IMG/VR virus record: IMGVR_UViG_3300046819_000361 | Length of the DNA: 64,000 nt | Direction: 5' to 3' (one strand) | DNA from: a virus | Lineage: Duplodnaviria > Caudoviricetes | Shown here: positions 49,672 to 61,042 of the stretch, in pieces | How the letters are laid out: the number at the start of each line of letters is the position of its first letter | Numbering within the stretch: the stretch's first letter is position 1 | Translations under genes and position numbers: made by a program | Notes under the pieces: model-generated | Database searches by the model: none | What the model saw: the letters and a program-made list of their open reading frames with translations, nothing else | What the model was told of the DNA's origin: nothing

Positions 49672-51741
49672 TTACTTACTAGTGGCAACAAATGTGCCAT
49701 CCCAATCTTCTGGTAATGAATTACTGTTTTTGTATTCAGCAATACGATCAATCATCATTTCATAATAATGATCCATGTCACCATCAAACTCACATAATAA
49801 TTGTTTACACATTTCAGAAGCCACATCCCAATGTTTGCTTCGATAGGTATTTAACATTTGGTTGTGGTAAGATAATGCTGGATAATAATAATCATCATGA
49901 TTAAAATCATCCAAATGGCTTAACACAGTAAAAATGTGTACTCCTTCTTTCTTACCTTTTACCGCGATTTTATCAAGTTCGATTATAAAGTATTCGTCTT
50001 TGATATAGTCTGCTGTCTTCGTGCCCAGAACGATTTTGACGCCGTATGGCTTGCTTTGGCCTTCAAGACGTGAAGCGAGGTTAACCCCATCTCCAAGGCA
50101 AGTATAATCAAAGCGCTGATTGCTACCCATATTACCAACAACGACAGTATCAGTGTTAATACCAAGTCCCATACCGAATGCAGGTACCCCCTCTTTCTCG
50201 ATCTCATCATTAAACTCCTTTAAGTTAATTAACATTTGTAATGCTGTTTTTACAGCATGTTTTGCATGATCGGGGTCATCTAGTGGGGCATTCCAAAACG
50301 CCATTTGAGCATCGCCGATATATTTGTCTAATGTTCCATCGTTTTCAATGATTTTTGCGGTCATAGCAGTCATATAACGGTTCATTATTTGTGTCAATCC
50401 TTGTACATTTTTACCATAATGTTCTGAAATAGATGTGAATCCACGTACATCTGTAAACATAATTGAAAGTTCACGTGACTCACCGCCTAATGTTAATAAT
50501 TCAGGATTTTTCTGTAATTTTTCTACTAAAGCAGGGCTTAAATAAGTGCCAAATTGTTTTTTAATTTGTTGCTTTTGAAAGAATTCACTGAGGAATTTAA
50601 CACCGTAAGCATGTAAACCAACCAACACTATACCACTTACGAAAGCAGTTATGTCAAACAGATACAAATATGTTAAAAATACATAGTGACTGGCGAATAC
50701 GGCACCAACTGACAGTGCAATTATTGATGCTAGCCCAATATAAATCCATCTAGTGAGGAATAACAATATAGTACCAGTTATTAATAATACTAATACCTCC
50801 ACGCCATCTGCATAATCAGGGCGTTGGATAACAACCCCATTCATCATTGTTCCTATTACTGCTGCTTGTGCTTCATGTGGAAAGATAGCACCATTGGCAG
50901 TTGGTATTGGGTTACCAATCCCTGCTGCGGTTGGTCCAACAATGACGATCCCACCAATAAAATCGTAATCATCTGTGATAGTATTTAAACCTTTGTTGAT
51001 AGACTTCTGACTCCAATCAATCCAGATACGGCCTAAATTATCAGTAGTGATCGGTCCAAATTTAGGAATTCTCAGTTTTTCAACGCCATTTTCATTTAGT
51101 TTGATTTGGAATGTAGTATCACCAGCCGCAACCCGTAACGTTTCTAAACCTAACGATGGGTATAACTTATCCTTAACTGAAACCACTAATGGCATTCTAC
51201 GATTAACCCCGTCTATTTCTGGTAAGGTATTAACTGTGCCAACGCCTGCTGCTTCATCATTCAATATTTCAATATTTGAAATGATACCTGGGTATTGAAT
51301 TATTCTATCAAGGAAATCTGGGCCTAATACAGCCGCACCTGGTACTCTTGGGGTATTTTTAGTAAAATCAGCTGGTATGCTTGGTAAAATAACCAAGTTA
51401 TTTTTTAATGTATTAGATAATACTTTATCCCCGCCCTGACGGTCAGGTTCTGGCATCAAAACGTTAAAAACGACCAACCCAGCGTTATGCTTATATAGAT
51501 CTTCGATTATTTGAGCATATATATCGCGTTTAAATGGCCATTGTCCATACTTATCTAATGAGTTTTCATCGATATTAATAGTATAAATTGGATTATTTGT
51601 GATAGGTTTTGCTGAAATAAGCGTGTCAAAATATCGTAATCTAACACTTTCCACAAATTCTGGATCAGAAATTCGAACACTTAATATTACAATCAATGTT
51701 AATAATGCCGTCCAAGGGTTTAATAATATTTTTTTAATCAT
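49672..51741 (-). CDS. CHASE2-domain adenylate/guanylate cyclase
   Basis: GQWPFKR, DGVNRRMPL; FTDVRGFT, DKYIGDA, GDGVNLASRLEG, VKGK. Confidence 0.93.
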   Translation of the reverse strand: MIKKILLNPWTALLTLIVILSVRISDPEFVESVRLRYFDTLISAKPITNNPIYTINIDENSLDKYGQWPFKRDIYAQIIEDLYKHNAGLVVFNVLMPEPDRQGGDKVLSNTLKNNLVILPSIPADFTKNTPRVPGAAVLGPDFLDRIIQYPGIISNIEILNDEAAGVGTVNTLPEIDGVNRRMPLVVSVKDKLYPSLGLETLRVAAGDTTFQIKLNENGVEKLRIPKFGPITTDNLGRIWIDWSQKSINKGLNTITDDYDFIGGIVIVGPTAAGIGNPIPTANGAIFPHEAQAAVIGTMMNGVVIQRPDYADGVEVLVLLITGTILLFLTRWIYIGLASIIALSVGAVFASHYVFLTYLYLFDITAFVSGIVLVGLHAYGVKFLSEFFQKQQIKKQFGTYLSPALVEKLQKNPELLTLGGESRELSIMFTDVRGFTSISEHYGKNVQGLTQIMNRYMTAMTAKIIENDGTLDKYIGDAQMAFWNAPLDDPDHAKHAVKTALQMLINLKEFNDEIEKEGVPAFGMGLGINTDTVVVGNMGSNQRFDYTCLGDGVNLASRLEGQSKPYGVKIVLGTKTADYIKDEYFIIELDKIAVKGKKEGVHIFTVLSHLDDFNHDDYYYPALSYHNQMLNTYRSKHWDVASEMCKQLLCEFDGDMDHYYEMMIDRIAEYKNSNSLPEDWDGTFVATSK

Positions 51742-52607
51742 AACATATTTTCTATATAGTTTACAATGTGGTCTGCGACATTAACATTACAATATTGGTT
51801 AAATCCGCTAAATCCTGGGTTTGAATTTGCTTCACACACAACAAATCCTTCTTTTGTAAAAAGCAAATCAATACCGGCTATGTCTAATCCTAGCACATCT
51901 GCTGTGTCAATTGCAATCTCTTCTATTTCTGGGGTAACTTCGTATTTCTCGCCAGTCCCACCATTTGATATATTGGCTCTAAAGTCATTTTTTGGTGCGG
52001 TTCTTTTCATTGCGCCCAGAACTTTGCCACCAACCACAAACACTCTTAAATCCTCACCTGGGCGATCACCAATATACTCTTGTGCAATTAATGTTTTTTC
52101 ATTATGAAGTGCATCTACGAATTCGATAATTCTAGTATATTCGAGCTCGGATTGACATAGGTATACCCCTTCACCAAAACTACCAACTACTACTTTGATT
52201 ACACAAGGAAATCCAATTGTAGTGGCCACTAAATTATTTGTTATTGGAAACTTGACCACCATTGTGGTTGGTACTGGGATATTATTGCGGCTTAATATTT
52301 CACTAGTTTGAAATTTATCCTGGACTATATTAATACTTTCACTTGAATTAATGCATGGAATATTGGCTAATTCGAAGTATCTGATAACCGATAGTTCTGA
52401 ACGGGTAATACCAGCACCCAATCTTACTAACACTATTTTTGGTAGATCGAATTTAATTCCTTGATAATAAATACCGTCATTGATTACAATATCAAATAAA
52501 TTAAAATTACAGACTTTTACAGTTATATTCTTATCCACAAAACTCTCTAATAATTTTAGAGTTTCAAAATCGTGGGTTGCGTGTTTAGTTAGTATTAAAA
52601 CTGACAT
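51738..52607 (-). CDS. RimK-family ATP-grasp ligase
   Basis: QEYI, DLRVFVVGGKV, FRANISNGG, AGIDLL, CEANSNPGF. Confidence 0.9.
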   Translation of the reverse strand: MSVLILTKHATHDFETLKLLESFVDKNITVKVCNFNLFDIVINDGIYYQGIKFDLPKIVLVRLGAGITRSELSVIRYFELANIPCINSSESINIVQDKFQTSEILSRNNIPVPTTMVVKFPITNNLVATTIGFPCVIKVVVGSFGEGVYLCQSELEYTRIIEFVDALHNEKTLIAQEYIGDRPGEDLRVFVVGGKVLGAMKRTAPKNDFRANISNGGTGEKYEVTPEIEEIAIDTADVLGLDIAGIDLLFTKEGFVVCEANSNPGFSGFNQYCNVNVADHIVNYIENML

Positions 52608-52642
52608 GGGTTTCCTATATATTAAACTGTATTTATTTAGAA

Positions 52643-53752
52643 TTATTGCTGAACTGAAATTTTAGCACATCCTCCTAGTGTCGCACAATTGAAATTTATA
52701 GAATATGACTGATTGGTATTGCCGCTTTGTGAAAGACTGAGATCAGTTGGCTGCCCTGATATTATGATCTTGGCCATATGATTTCCTGATCCTTGTTGTA
52801 ATGTATCTACGTTTTTATTATTGCCATTCAATTCAATTTCAAGGTAATGATTTCCGTTATCTTTTTGTTGAGATAATAATGAGTTATTATCACCATTAAT
52901 TTTAGAAAATATTCCCTTATCTCCGCCCGAACTGAGTTGTAATATAGAAGCGTTGTTATTATTGCCTAAAATAATTAATTCTGTGTAATTCGTACCAGAT
53001 ATTGATGACAAAGTTTCGTCAATATTAACAGTATTATTAGATCCAACACCATAGTAATTAACAAAATTATTTTTAGACCCAGATTGAGTAATTGTTATTG
53101 TATTTAAATCACCAATTTGCTCGATATAAACCTGTGTATCAGATGTTGCTCGGTTTATAAATGATTGGACATTTGCGGCATTTACCGTATTTGTATTGAA
53201 TTGAAATGATGACCCGCCACAGCACAATGGTGGTACAAAATAGCTAGGAGAGGTAGCTAAATTGTTAGTAGGTACAACTACTATTCCGGACCCAACATCC
53301 CAATTTAGTTGAATAACTGCACCCCCTCCATTCTCATACCACCACACATCTATAGTGTACACTTGTCCTGAAGTCAGCGTAATACTCCCAGAACCATTAA
53401 AATTTGCTGGTCCTTGTTCAATCCAATTGTTAATAACAGTGGTGTTATTGATTGACATATAGAATCCATCATCACTTCTGTTATAGAAAGTTATTGTTTT
53501 ATTGCCTGACGGACCTGGCCATAAAATGTTTCCTGTAAAATGAACTAGTACACCATCTGTGCGTCCTGAATCCATGACTACACCACTGCCCCAATTATAA
53601 TTTAATGATGGGACTATACCGGATGATAGAATGGTTCTATTGGTTGTTCTGGTAGGTGTTGCGCCTCCTGCGGCATACGCAACATATTCGAGGCCGAGTA
53701 CTCCATCTGCTAATACACGAAATGATATCAAAAACAATAATATATATTTCAT
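52643..53752 (-). CDS. secreted PA14-domain protein with curlin-like repeats
   Basis: signal peptide, SDDG..WYENGGGA; Q-G-N repeat C-terminus. Confidence 0.75.
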   Translation of the reverse strand: MKYILLFLISFRVLADGVLGLEYVAYAAGGATPTRTTNRTILSSGIVPSLNYNWGSGVVMDSGRTDGVLVHFTGNILWPGPSGNKTITFYNRSDDGFYMSINNTTVINNWIEQGPANFNGSGSITLTSGQVYTIDVWWYENGGGAVIQLNWDVGSGIVVVPTNNLATSPSYFVPPLCCGGSSFQFNTNTVNAANVQSFINRATSDTQVYIEQIGDLNTITITQSGSKNNFVNYYGVGSNNTVNIDETLSSISGTNYTELIILGNNNNASILQLSSGGDKGIFSKINGDNNSLLSQQKDNGNHYLEIELNGNNKNVDTLQQGSGNHMAKIIISGQPTDLSLSQSGNTNQSYSINFNCATLGGCAKISVQQ

Positions 53753-54846
53753 TTTATTTGTATTACTCCAGTATTTTGTGTAATAGTCACTATATTTCCA
53801 CCTGGGCTACCATCACCTATAATGGTTGATGCTGATACACTATTTTGAATAATATTAATTGTAGTATTAGAATTAAATCCTTGTGTTTTTATTTCAGAAT
53901 AATGTTCAAACGGTGCAATTCGAAAAGCTGTCCCTTTGCCACGATCTCTGATATCATCATTATTTTTATCCCACGCAACGCATATACTTGTAACCGCATT
54001 ACACCCTAATTTACCAGCAGCTGCCATCATTGCTAGAATCCTTGCTTGTTCAATTTCCTCGCCGCTTTTTGAAACTTGAATTGCAACCCTACGTGCGGCT
54101 TCGGCTTCTATTTCTTCTAATTCCTTATCTCTTGGGGATTTCATTACTTCTTTCATAACTCTCTGTACTTCTAATGGTTTTACGATAATCAGATTATTGG
54201 TTATTTTCGACTCAATTATATTAATTGATGTAGCCGGGGTTGGTGAGATGGTTGCACTTTGTACAAATGTAGCTTGAAATGCTTCGTCAAGAATTACTTT
54301 TCCAGCCAATGTTTCTACTTCAATTTTCCCTACTTTGCAGGTATTTTCAGCTAATTCGTATTTTTTGATATCTTTTTCATCCTTGCAGCTCGGGACTAAA
54401 ACGATTAAACTTTGTCCAGATTCATCAACTGTCATAGTGAAATCAGTTCCCCTAACCGCAATTGTGGCAGCTGGCGTTTTAATATTTACTTGTTGTGGGT
54501 TATTTTTTGCAATTTGACCTGATGCATATCTTACTGTACCCATACCAACTTTTAATGCTAGTTTACTTGCATCGCTAGCTTTTGGATCGAAAACAAAATC
54601 ATCAATTAAAAGCCGACTATTTTCTGTAACTTTTACTTTAGTATCGTCTTTGAATGTTATATTACTGGTACAACTGCCAGTAATATAAACATCCATACTT
54701 TCTATAATAACACCTTTATCCCCAGGAATATTCTTTTTATTTCTTTCAATTTTACACCCATTGCTCGTGGCATCGGTTACTGTCCCTATACCAGCATAAG
54801 CAACTTGTGATGATAATAACAAAATTATTACCGGAATTATATGCAT
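53749..54846 (-). CDS. FecR-domain protein
   Basis: ITFKDDTKVKVTENSRLLIDDFVFDP..TPAATIAVRGTDF. Confidence 0.8.
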   Translation of the reverse strand: MHIIPVIILLLSSQVAYAGIGTVTDATSNGCKIERNKKNIPGDKGVIIESMDVYITGSCTSNITFKDDTKVKVTENSRLLIDDFVFDPKASDASKLALKVGMGTVRYASGQIAKNNPQQVNIKTPAATIAVRGTDFTMTVDESGQSLIVLVPSCKDEKDIKKYELAENTCKVGKIEVETLAGKVILDEAFQATFVQSATISPTPATSINIIESKITNNLIIVKPLEVQRVMKEVMKSPRDKELEEIEAEAARRVAIQVSKSGEEIEQARILAMMAAAGKLGCNAVTSICVAWDKNNDDIRDRGKGTAFRIAPFEHYSEIKTQGFNSNTTINIIQNSVSASTIIGDGSPGGNIVTITQNTGVIQIK

Positions 54847-54848
54847 AA

Positions 54849-55646
54849 CTATCTTGCTATAGCGGCTTGTGCATTTACTATTGTACTTGAGCTAGATCTA
54901 ACCGTGATTGTATTATTATCACCTGATGTCTTGATATCAATAGTAGTGTCATTCGTTCCTTGTTGTTGAGTGGTGATAGCATTAAAATTACCAACAATTA
55001 CTTCTTTTAAATTGTGACCAATAGCCCCAGCGACATCACTTTGCTCGACGTTTAACAAATTACTATTTCCCGTGATGCTTATATCAGACACACCATTAGT
55101 ACTTAAAAGATTTTCTGTGACCTGATTACTATTGCCCGTAATTCCTAAAGTACTAGAAATATAATTGCCTATGATATTTTGGATAACTGAGTTTGAATTG
55201 CCAGTAATAGTTTCGGTGATAACAACATGATGATTATCTGTATGATTGGTATCACCGATCACTAATCTATTATTGTTATCATTCCCAGTAACAGTATTTG
55301 AATAGCGATTGTTACTTCCTCTGATGATATATTGTGCCCAGTTGTTATTCCCGTGTTGTGTCATTGACAGTGTATTGCTGCCACCATTGATAGTGGCATA
55401 ATTAGATGCACTTGGTGCATCTGGTACATTTGTAACCACATTTGTATTGGCATCAGTTGTGATAGTTCCAGATATACCTCCTATATTATTGGTGCCGCCT
55501 ACCTGTTCGATTGTAATAACATTAGTATTGCCTAATTGTTCCATGAACACATTATTGGGACCAGTTGCAGTGCCGGTTGCTAATAATAATGATGAAAAAG
55601 ATACCATTAATGATGCTATTAAATAATTAATTATTTTTCGTTTCAT
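54849..55646 (-). CDS. curlin-like (CsgA/B-like) repeat protein
   Basis: signal peptide, repeated Q/I-x-G-N-x-N units. Confidence 0.65.
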   Translation of the reverse strand: MKRKIINYLIASLMVSFSSLLLATGTATGPNNVFMEQLGNTNVITIEQVGGTNNIGGISGTITTDANTNVVTNVPDAPSASNYATINGGSNTLSMTQHGNNNWAQYIIRGSNNRYSNTVTGNDNNNRLVIGDTNHTDNHHVVITETITGNSNSVIQNIIGNYISSTLGITGNSNQVTENLLSTNGVSDISITGNSNLLNVEQSDVAGAIGHNLKEVIVGNFNAITTQQQGTNDTTIDIKTSGDNNTITVRSSSSTIVNAQAAIAR

Positions 55647-56461
55647 TTCCTTTGCTCCATTGTTGATTTAAACGCCCAGTGACCTTTACGAGCGCCTTCA
55701 CGAACTGTATCTACAACTGCGGCTTGGATAGCTTTATTAGTTGCTCTATTAATACTTTCGTTTATGCTACCACCTATTTCTGCTTCTAATGCTTTGGTGT
55801 CGGCGGCAATGAATCTCAATACACCAAATTTATCCATATAACTTAACACTGTTTTTGTTACGGTGACCGATGTTAAAATCTCGCCTGATGTAACTGATAC
55901 AGTCCGCAGACTCACAGTAACTGTGTCACTTTGATATTGTGTTTCGCCTCCGATTCCAAAAATCCGAACCCCAGCACCCCCTGTCAACGTATTGGAATCA
56001 TAACCGACAATTGCCCCTTCTGCTATAACCCCTGCGAATAACATAGCTGGTAATGCTTGTGCATCTTTACCTTGGAATTGCTCACGAGCTTGCCTAATCA
56101 TCTGTCGTTCTTTGATCAAGTTATCCAACCCAACTCGTTCAACCACTGTGAACCATCTAGCATCACCCACATCTTGTAATGCTTTAATCAAGTAGTTCTC
56201 AGCACCTTGCGTGACCGCAGAACTTAAACTGGCAATATTTGGCATTGATTTTCTTTGACCAGTTTTATCAGTAAACCCGTAAACTGCGATGGGGATAGAT
56301 CCAGATGATGGTGGATCTAATTTGTTTTCATCTTTTAATAAAAAAATACTTTGCTCGATAATCGGATTGTCAAATTGTTCACCTGTGATAAATTTGTTTA
56401 TAGCACTGCTGGTAGCACACCCTTGTAATAATATCATTGATAAAATAATAATTTTGTTCAT
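55643..56461 (-). CDS. csgG: curli secretion lipoprotein CsgG
   Basis: lipobox LQGC, VYGFTDKTGQRK, SSAVTQG, VVERVGLDNLIKERQMIR. Confidence 0.9.
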   Translation of the reverse strand: MNKIIILSMILLQGCATSSAINKFITGEQFDNPIIEQSIFLLKDENKLDPPSSGSIPIAVYGFTDKTGQRKSMPNIASLSSAVTQGAENYLIKALQDVGDARWFTVVERVGLDNLIKERQMIRQAREQFQGKDAQALPAMLFAGVIAEGAIVGYDSNTLTGGAGVRIFGIGGETQYQSDTVTVSLRTVSVTSGEILTSVTVTKTVLSYMDKFGVLRFIAADTKALEAEIGGSINESINRATNKAIQAAVVDTVREGARKGHWAFKSTMEQRK

Positions 56462-56463
56462 AA

Positions 56464-56943
56464 TTAGAAATAAAATGACCCAGATGGTACTTTCATTGAT
56501 GTGGATTGAGATGGGTTTGAGTTATTAGTGATATTAATAATAATCAATCCTTGATCCAATCCAGCGCCTAAACTCCAAGTGACACTATTGCCGCCTAAAT
56601 CTGGCATTGTTCCGCATACTGCTCCTGGTGTGGTGCATGTTGATCCTTCACTAAACATAGAGTCAGTTAATTGTTTAGCTAATTGTGAGTAAATTCTAGA
56701 TTCTAAATTTGCTAAAAATTTAGCTTGTGGAGTATTTTGAGCATCAGATAATATCTTTGTACGTAATGCATCCGCAGCAGCTTTATTTTTATCAGATGCT
56801 TGCGTTTCTAATTGATTTAGTGTTAACGCATGTGAGCTAAATCCAATGCCACTAAATGCTGGACTATTAAACGTGTGCTGTAATTCGGATGAATTTACAG
56901 ATAATGCTACAATTAATAATGAAAAACCTAGTACTTTGGTCAT
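56464..56943 (-). CDS. csgF: curli assembly CsgF-like protein
   Basis: SELQHTFNSPAFSG..FLANLESRIYSQLAKQL; next to csgG. Confidence 0.7.
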   Translation of the reverse strand: MTKVLGFSLLIVALSVNSSELQHTFNSPAFSGIGFSSHALTLNQLETQASDKNKAAADALRTKILSDAQNTPQAKFLANLESRIYSQLAKQLTDSMFSEGSTCTTPGAVCGTMPDLGGNSVTWSLGAGLDQGLIIINITNNSNPSQSTSMKVPSGSFYF

Positions 56944-56997
56944 GAATGTACCCCCTTATCGTATTTAAATAAAGGAATGCCAAAATAATACTAGAAG

Positions 56998-57669
56998 TTA
57001 ATCTATTGGAAACAAACACTGTGTTACATAGATAGATGCTTGATCTTCTGTCAGACCTAAATTCATTAGAACTTTGGGATTGTGTGGGTTAAGCCGTTGA
57101 TTTTCAATATAAAACCTATGTTTATCTGAAATATCAAGAACTGTGTGATTGGTATCTTTTAATGATATAAGATATGTTAGCAGGGTGGATGAAATGGTAG
57201 ACACTATTTGAGATATCTCAGAATCTAGTTGAATATTACCAGCGGCAATTATCGATTCTGAGAAAATACGTTTACCCCAATCTGGTAATTCTCTTTTTTT
57301 ATTCCATGATAATTTATTTGATTCTTCGTCAAACCAAGATGATAATGGGTGATTACTAATGACGGGGCTAAAATCATGAAAACACCCAGTTATTTTATTT
57401 CTACCGGCAAACACATCAAACCCAAAAATTGGTGCAGGGTTATGATAATGTGGATAAATGCAGCAATGCATCATCCATAACCCACGAGTATCCATTGTAT
57501 CAATAACATTGATATGTGCTTTTCTATATAAATCAGAAACCCAGGTGGTATTACACCAACCTGGGTTATTGAATTGCTCAATTGATGAAGCAGAAATTTT
57601 TCCTGATTCATCGAGCTGGTGTGTGAATAACTGCTGAATGCTATTTAACGAATCCAGCAGTTTATTCAT
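56998..57669 (-). CDS. ferredoxin-dependent bilin reductase (PcyA/PcyX-like)
   Basis: MMHCCIYP..PIFGFDV..CFHDFSP, RELPDWGKRIFS, QRLNPH, CLFP. Confidence 0.85.
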   Translation of the reverse strand: MNKLLDSLNSIQQLFTHQLDESGKISASSIEQFNNPGWCNTTWVSDLYRKAHINVIDTMDTRGLWMMHCCIYPHYHNPAPIFGFDVFAGRNKITGCFHDFSPVISNHPLSSWFDEESNKLSWNKKRELPDWGKRIFSESIIAAGNIQLDSEISQIVSTISSTLLTYLISLKDTNHTVLDISDKHRFYIENQRLNPHNPKVLMNLGLTEDQASIYVTQCLFPID

Positions 57670-58198
57670 GTAACGCCTTCATGATTTTTATTGCCCATTC
57701 AAACGCAACTCTAGCCTCATCACCTAAATCATCTGTCATTTCTGCTCTAATTGCATTTCTTAATCCGTCTACGTCATCAAACTGGTAGAATTTTCCAGAA
57801 CCAGGTGTTGTTTTTGCGATGTATTGCCCACCGTATAAATCCCCCGTGTGACGAACATATAAATGTGCTTTTATTAAATGTCTACGTGTCGGATCATTCA
57901 ATAAATCTACTACATATTGATTATAAGCCATCGTTTCTGGTAAAAACGCATAATGTGTATTGACATCACGCAATTCAATAAAATCTTGGTAAATTCCAGG
58001 TAAACGTTCAATACCTGGTAAGTTATCAAAAAACCCTAATATTTTACACCCAAATTCTACAGGTCCGTATGCAGCCATCATCTGATATAGATAATTTGTA
58101 TACAATTCTTGTGAAATTTTACCGGTTAATAGTAATTTTGCAAAAGATGTTTTTTCAGCTTCCGTGTGCAAATCTTTGGTGATCTCTTTTAAACTCAT
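57662..58198 (-). CDS. heme oxygenase
   Basis: LKEITKDLHTEAE, AHLYVRHTGDLYGGQ, EARVAFE. Confidence 0.9.
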   Translation of the reverse strand: MSLKEITKDLHTEAEKTSFAKLLLTGKISQELYTNYLYQMMAAYGPVEFGCKILGFFDNLPGIERLPGIYQDFIELRDVNTHYAFLPETMAYNQYVVDLLNDPTRRHLIKAHLYVRHTGDLYGGQYIAKTTPGSGKFYQFDDVDGLRNAIRAEMTDDLGDEARVAFEWAIKIMKALHE

Positions 58199-58498
58199 TT
58201 ATTCCTCTGCGATAGTTATTTGTAATGGGAACCCATTTTCACGGGCCATTTTAGTTGCTTCTACCGATTTAGTTTCTGCAATTTCGAAATCATAAAAACC
58301 AGCAATACCAGAACCACTTTCGTGTACTTGCATAGTAACAGTGGTTGCTGAATGGATTGTGTGATTAAAGATTTCAATCAACATTGCAATTACAAAATCA
58401 ATAGGTGTGTGATCGTCATTAAGCACAACGACTTTCCATCGTTTTGGTTCGGTAACTTTGACTGCAACATTTTCTTTGATTTTAATATCAGTAGACAT
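58199..58498 (-). CDS. clpS: Clp protease adaptor ClpS
   Basis: KVVVLNDDHTPIDFV, VHESG, AETK, ARENGFPL. Confidence 0.93.
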   Translation of the reverse strand: MSTDIKIKENVAVKVTEPKRWKVVVLNDDHTPIDFVIAMLIEIFNHTIHSATTVTMQVHESGSGIAGFYDFEIAETKSVEATKMARENGFPLQITIAEE

Positions 58499-58542
58499 AT
58501 TTTAATTCCAGATAAGGTGGGGGAGGAAACTCCCCCTGGTTA

Positions 58543-58980
58543 TTATTTAATTTCGATTTTTCTTGGTTGTAACGTTTCAGGGATTATACGCTCAATTTTA
58601 ATTTTAAGCAACCCATCTTTTACCTCTGCTTCTCGAACTTCCATGAATTCTGCTAACGCATAAGTCTGTTCAAAATCACGTGATGCTAACCCACGGTGTA
58701 AATATTCCCAATCAGCTGATTCTACTTTATCACTGTGTGTTCCAGTAATTTTAAGAATATTTGATCCAGCTGAATGTGAACTATCAATCATAACAGAGAT
58801 ATCGTCTTTTGTAAAGCCTGATACTGCTAATTCGATACCATAGTTCAAATCATCATATTTTATAATATTATGTGGAGGATAACTTCCAGTATTGAAATTT
58901 ACACGTGAATTAAACAGGCTATCAAAGCCAATTAAAGTTTTAGCTAACACTGATGCGTCTATTGGTCTTAATGTTGTCAT
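58543..58980 (-). CDS. small heat shock protein Hsp20 (IbpA-like)
   Basis: YPPHNI, IELAVSGF, YLHRGLASRDF, DGLLKI. Confidence 0.93.
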   Translation of the reverse strand: MTTLRPIDASVLAKTLIGFDSLFNSRVNFNTGSYPPHNIIKYDDLNYGIELAVSGFTKDDISVMIDSSHSAGSNILKITGTHSDKVESADWEYLHRGLASRDFEQTYALAEFMEVREAEVKDGLLKIKIERIIPETLQPRKIEIK

Positions 58981-59054
58981 GCTTGTCTCCTTATTTAAGC
59001 AAGAAGCTCATAACACCCAATTTGGCATGTTATGAGCATATATCACACTTGTGA

Positions 59055-60947
59055 TTAAACCTCTTTGAATTCCGCATTCATGGAATCATCACCGCCTTCG
59101 GTTGTTGACGGATTATTTGCTTGTTCAGCTTCTTGTTTTTTTGCAAAAACCGGAGTGGCTGCTTCAAACAATTTTTGTATCGATTGTTGAATTTCTTCGA
59201 CATTATCGCCGCTATTGGCTTTTTCAAGATTTTCGACAGCTGATTGAAATGCTGATTTTTCTTCATCAGTTAATTGATCTTTTACTTCATCAAAGTCTTT
59301 TTGCAAAGAGTGACGTTGTGATTCTGCTTGATTACGTGCTTCAATCAACTCTTTTTGTTTTTTATCTGCATCGGCATTTTCTTCAGCATCTTTCACCATA
59401 CGTTGAATTTCTTCCTCGGTTAATCCTGAATCCGATTTAATGGTGATGTTATTCTTCTTACCAGTGCCCTTATCCGCTGCTGAAATGTGCATAATACCAT
59501 TTGCATCAATATCAAAAGTTACTTCGATTTGTGGAATACCGCGTGGTGCAGGTGGAATCCCATCTAAATTAAATTCACCCAACTGTTTGTTATATCTATA
59601 TAAATCACGTTCACCTTGCCCAACTTTAATAGTTACGGCTGGCTGGTTATCATCCGCTGTTGAGAATGTTTGACTCGCTTTAGTTGGGATTGTAGTATTC
59701 TTTTGAATCAATTTGGTAAAAACCCCACCCATTGTTTCAATACCAAGTGACAACGGTGTTACATCTAGTAACAATACATCGGTTTTATCACCTGCTAATA
59801 CTGCGCCTTGAATTGCTGCACCGGCTGCCACTGCTTCGTCTGGATTGATATCTTTACGTGGTGTTTTGCCGAACAATTTTTCAACTGCTTCCTGTACTTT
59901 TGGCATTCTAGTTTGACCGCCAACGAGAATTACTTCATCGATATCACTATTACTAACGCCTGCATCTTTTAATGCGATTAAACATGGTTGTAATGATCGT
60001 TGAATCAAATCATCAACAATTGATTCAAATTTTGCACGAGTTAATTTAACGTTTAAGTGTTTTGGACCAGATGCGTCTGCAGTGATATATGGTAGATTTA
60101 CATCGGTTTGTTCTGATGATGACAGCTCAATTTTAGCTTTTTCAGCACTTTCTTTCAATCGTTGTAAAGCTAATGTATCATTTTTCAAGTTGATACCGGA
60201 ATCTTTTTCAAACTCAGTGACTAAAAATTCCATTAAGCGTTGATCAAAATCTTCACCACCTAAAAATGTATCACCATTGGTTGATAATACTTCAATTTGT
60301 TTCTCACCATCGATATTTGCAATCTCGATAATTGAAATATCAAATGTACCACCGCCAAGATCATAAACAGCTACTTTGCGATCTTTATTATCGGCTTTAT
60401 CAACACCGTATGCTAAAGCAGCGGCTGTTGGCTCGTTGATAATACGTAACACTTCAAGACCAGCAATTCTGCCAGCGTCTTTGGTAGCTTGTCGTTGCGA
60501 ATCGTTAAAGTACGCTGGGACTGTAATTACCGCTTGTGATACTTCATGTCCGAGGTAATCTTCTGCAGTTTTCTTCATTTTACGAAGAACCTCTGCTGAA
60601 ATTTGTGGAGGAGCTAATCGCTCACCATTTGCTTCAACCCAAGCGTCGCCATTTTCGGCTTTGATGATTGAATACGGCATTAAGTCGATGTCTTTTTGTA
60701 CTGCTTCTTCTTCGAATTTTCTTCCGATCAATCGTTTTGCAGCATAAATTGTATTTTTTGGATTTGTGACAGATTGGCGTTTTGCTGCAGCACCGACTAA
60801 TACTTCATTATCAGTATATGCAATAATTGACGGGGTTGTGCGAGTGCCTTCTGAATTTTCGATAACTTTGGCAGATCCATTTTCAAGAATTGCCACACAA
60901 GAATTTGTGGTACCCAAATCGATACCGATGATTGATGTTTTACTCAT
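59055..60947 (-). CDS. dnaK: molecular chaperone DnaK
   Basis: [43 protein letters not shown]. Confidence 0.98.
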   Translation of the reverse strand: MSKTSIIGIDLGTTNSCVAILENGSAKVIENSEGTRTTPSIIAYTDNEVLVGAAAKRQSVTNPKNTIYAAKRLIGRKFEEEAVQKDIDLMPYSIIKAENGDAWVEANGERLAPPQISAEVLRKMKKTAEDYLGHEVSQAVITVPAYFNDSQRQATKDAGRIAGLEVLRIINEPTAAALAYGVDKADNKDRKVAVYDLGGGTFDISIIEIANIDGEKQIEVLSTNGDTFLGGEDFDQRLMEFLVTEFEKDSGINLKNDTLALQRLKESAEKAKIELSSSEQTDVNLPYITADASGPKHLNVKLTRAKFESIVDDLIQRSLQPCLIALKDAGVSNSDIDEVILVGGQTRMPKVQEAVEKLFGKTPRKDINPDEAVAAGAAIQGAVLAGDKTDVLLLDVTPLSLGIETMGGVFTKLIQKNTTIPTKASQTFSTADDNQPAVTIKVGQGERDLYRYNKQLGEFNLDGIPPAPRGIPQIEVTFDIDANGIMHISAADKGTGKKNNITIKSDSGLTEEEIQRMVKDAEENADADKKQKELIEARNQAESQRHSLQKDFDEVKDQLTDEEKSAFQSAVENLEKANSGDNVEEIQQSIQKLFEAATPVFAKKQEAEQANNPSTTEGGDDSMNAEFKEV

Positions 60948-61042
60948 TGTTAAGTTCTCCTATTGTTAAGCAAGAATAAGGGTAGACCCATATGGCATCT
61001 ACTCATTTATTTATCATATTATACATATGAATTACTTTTTTG

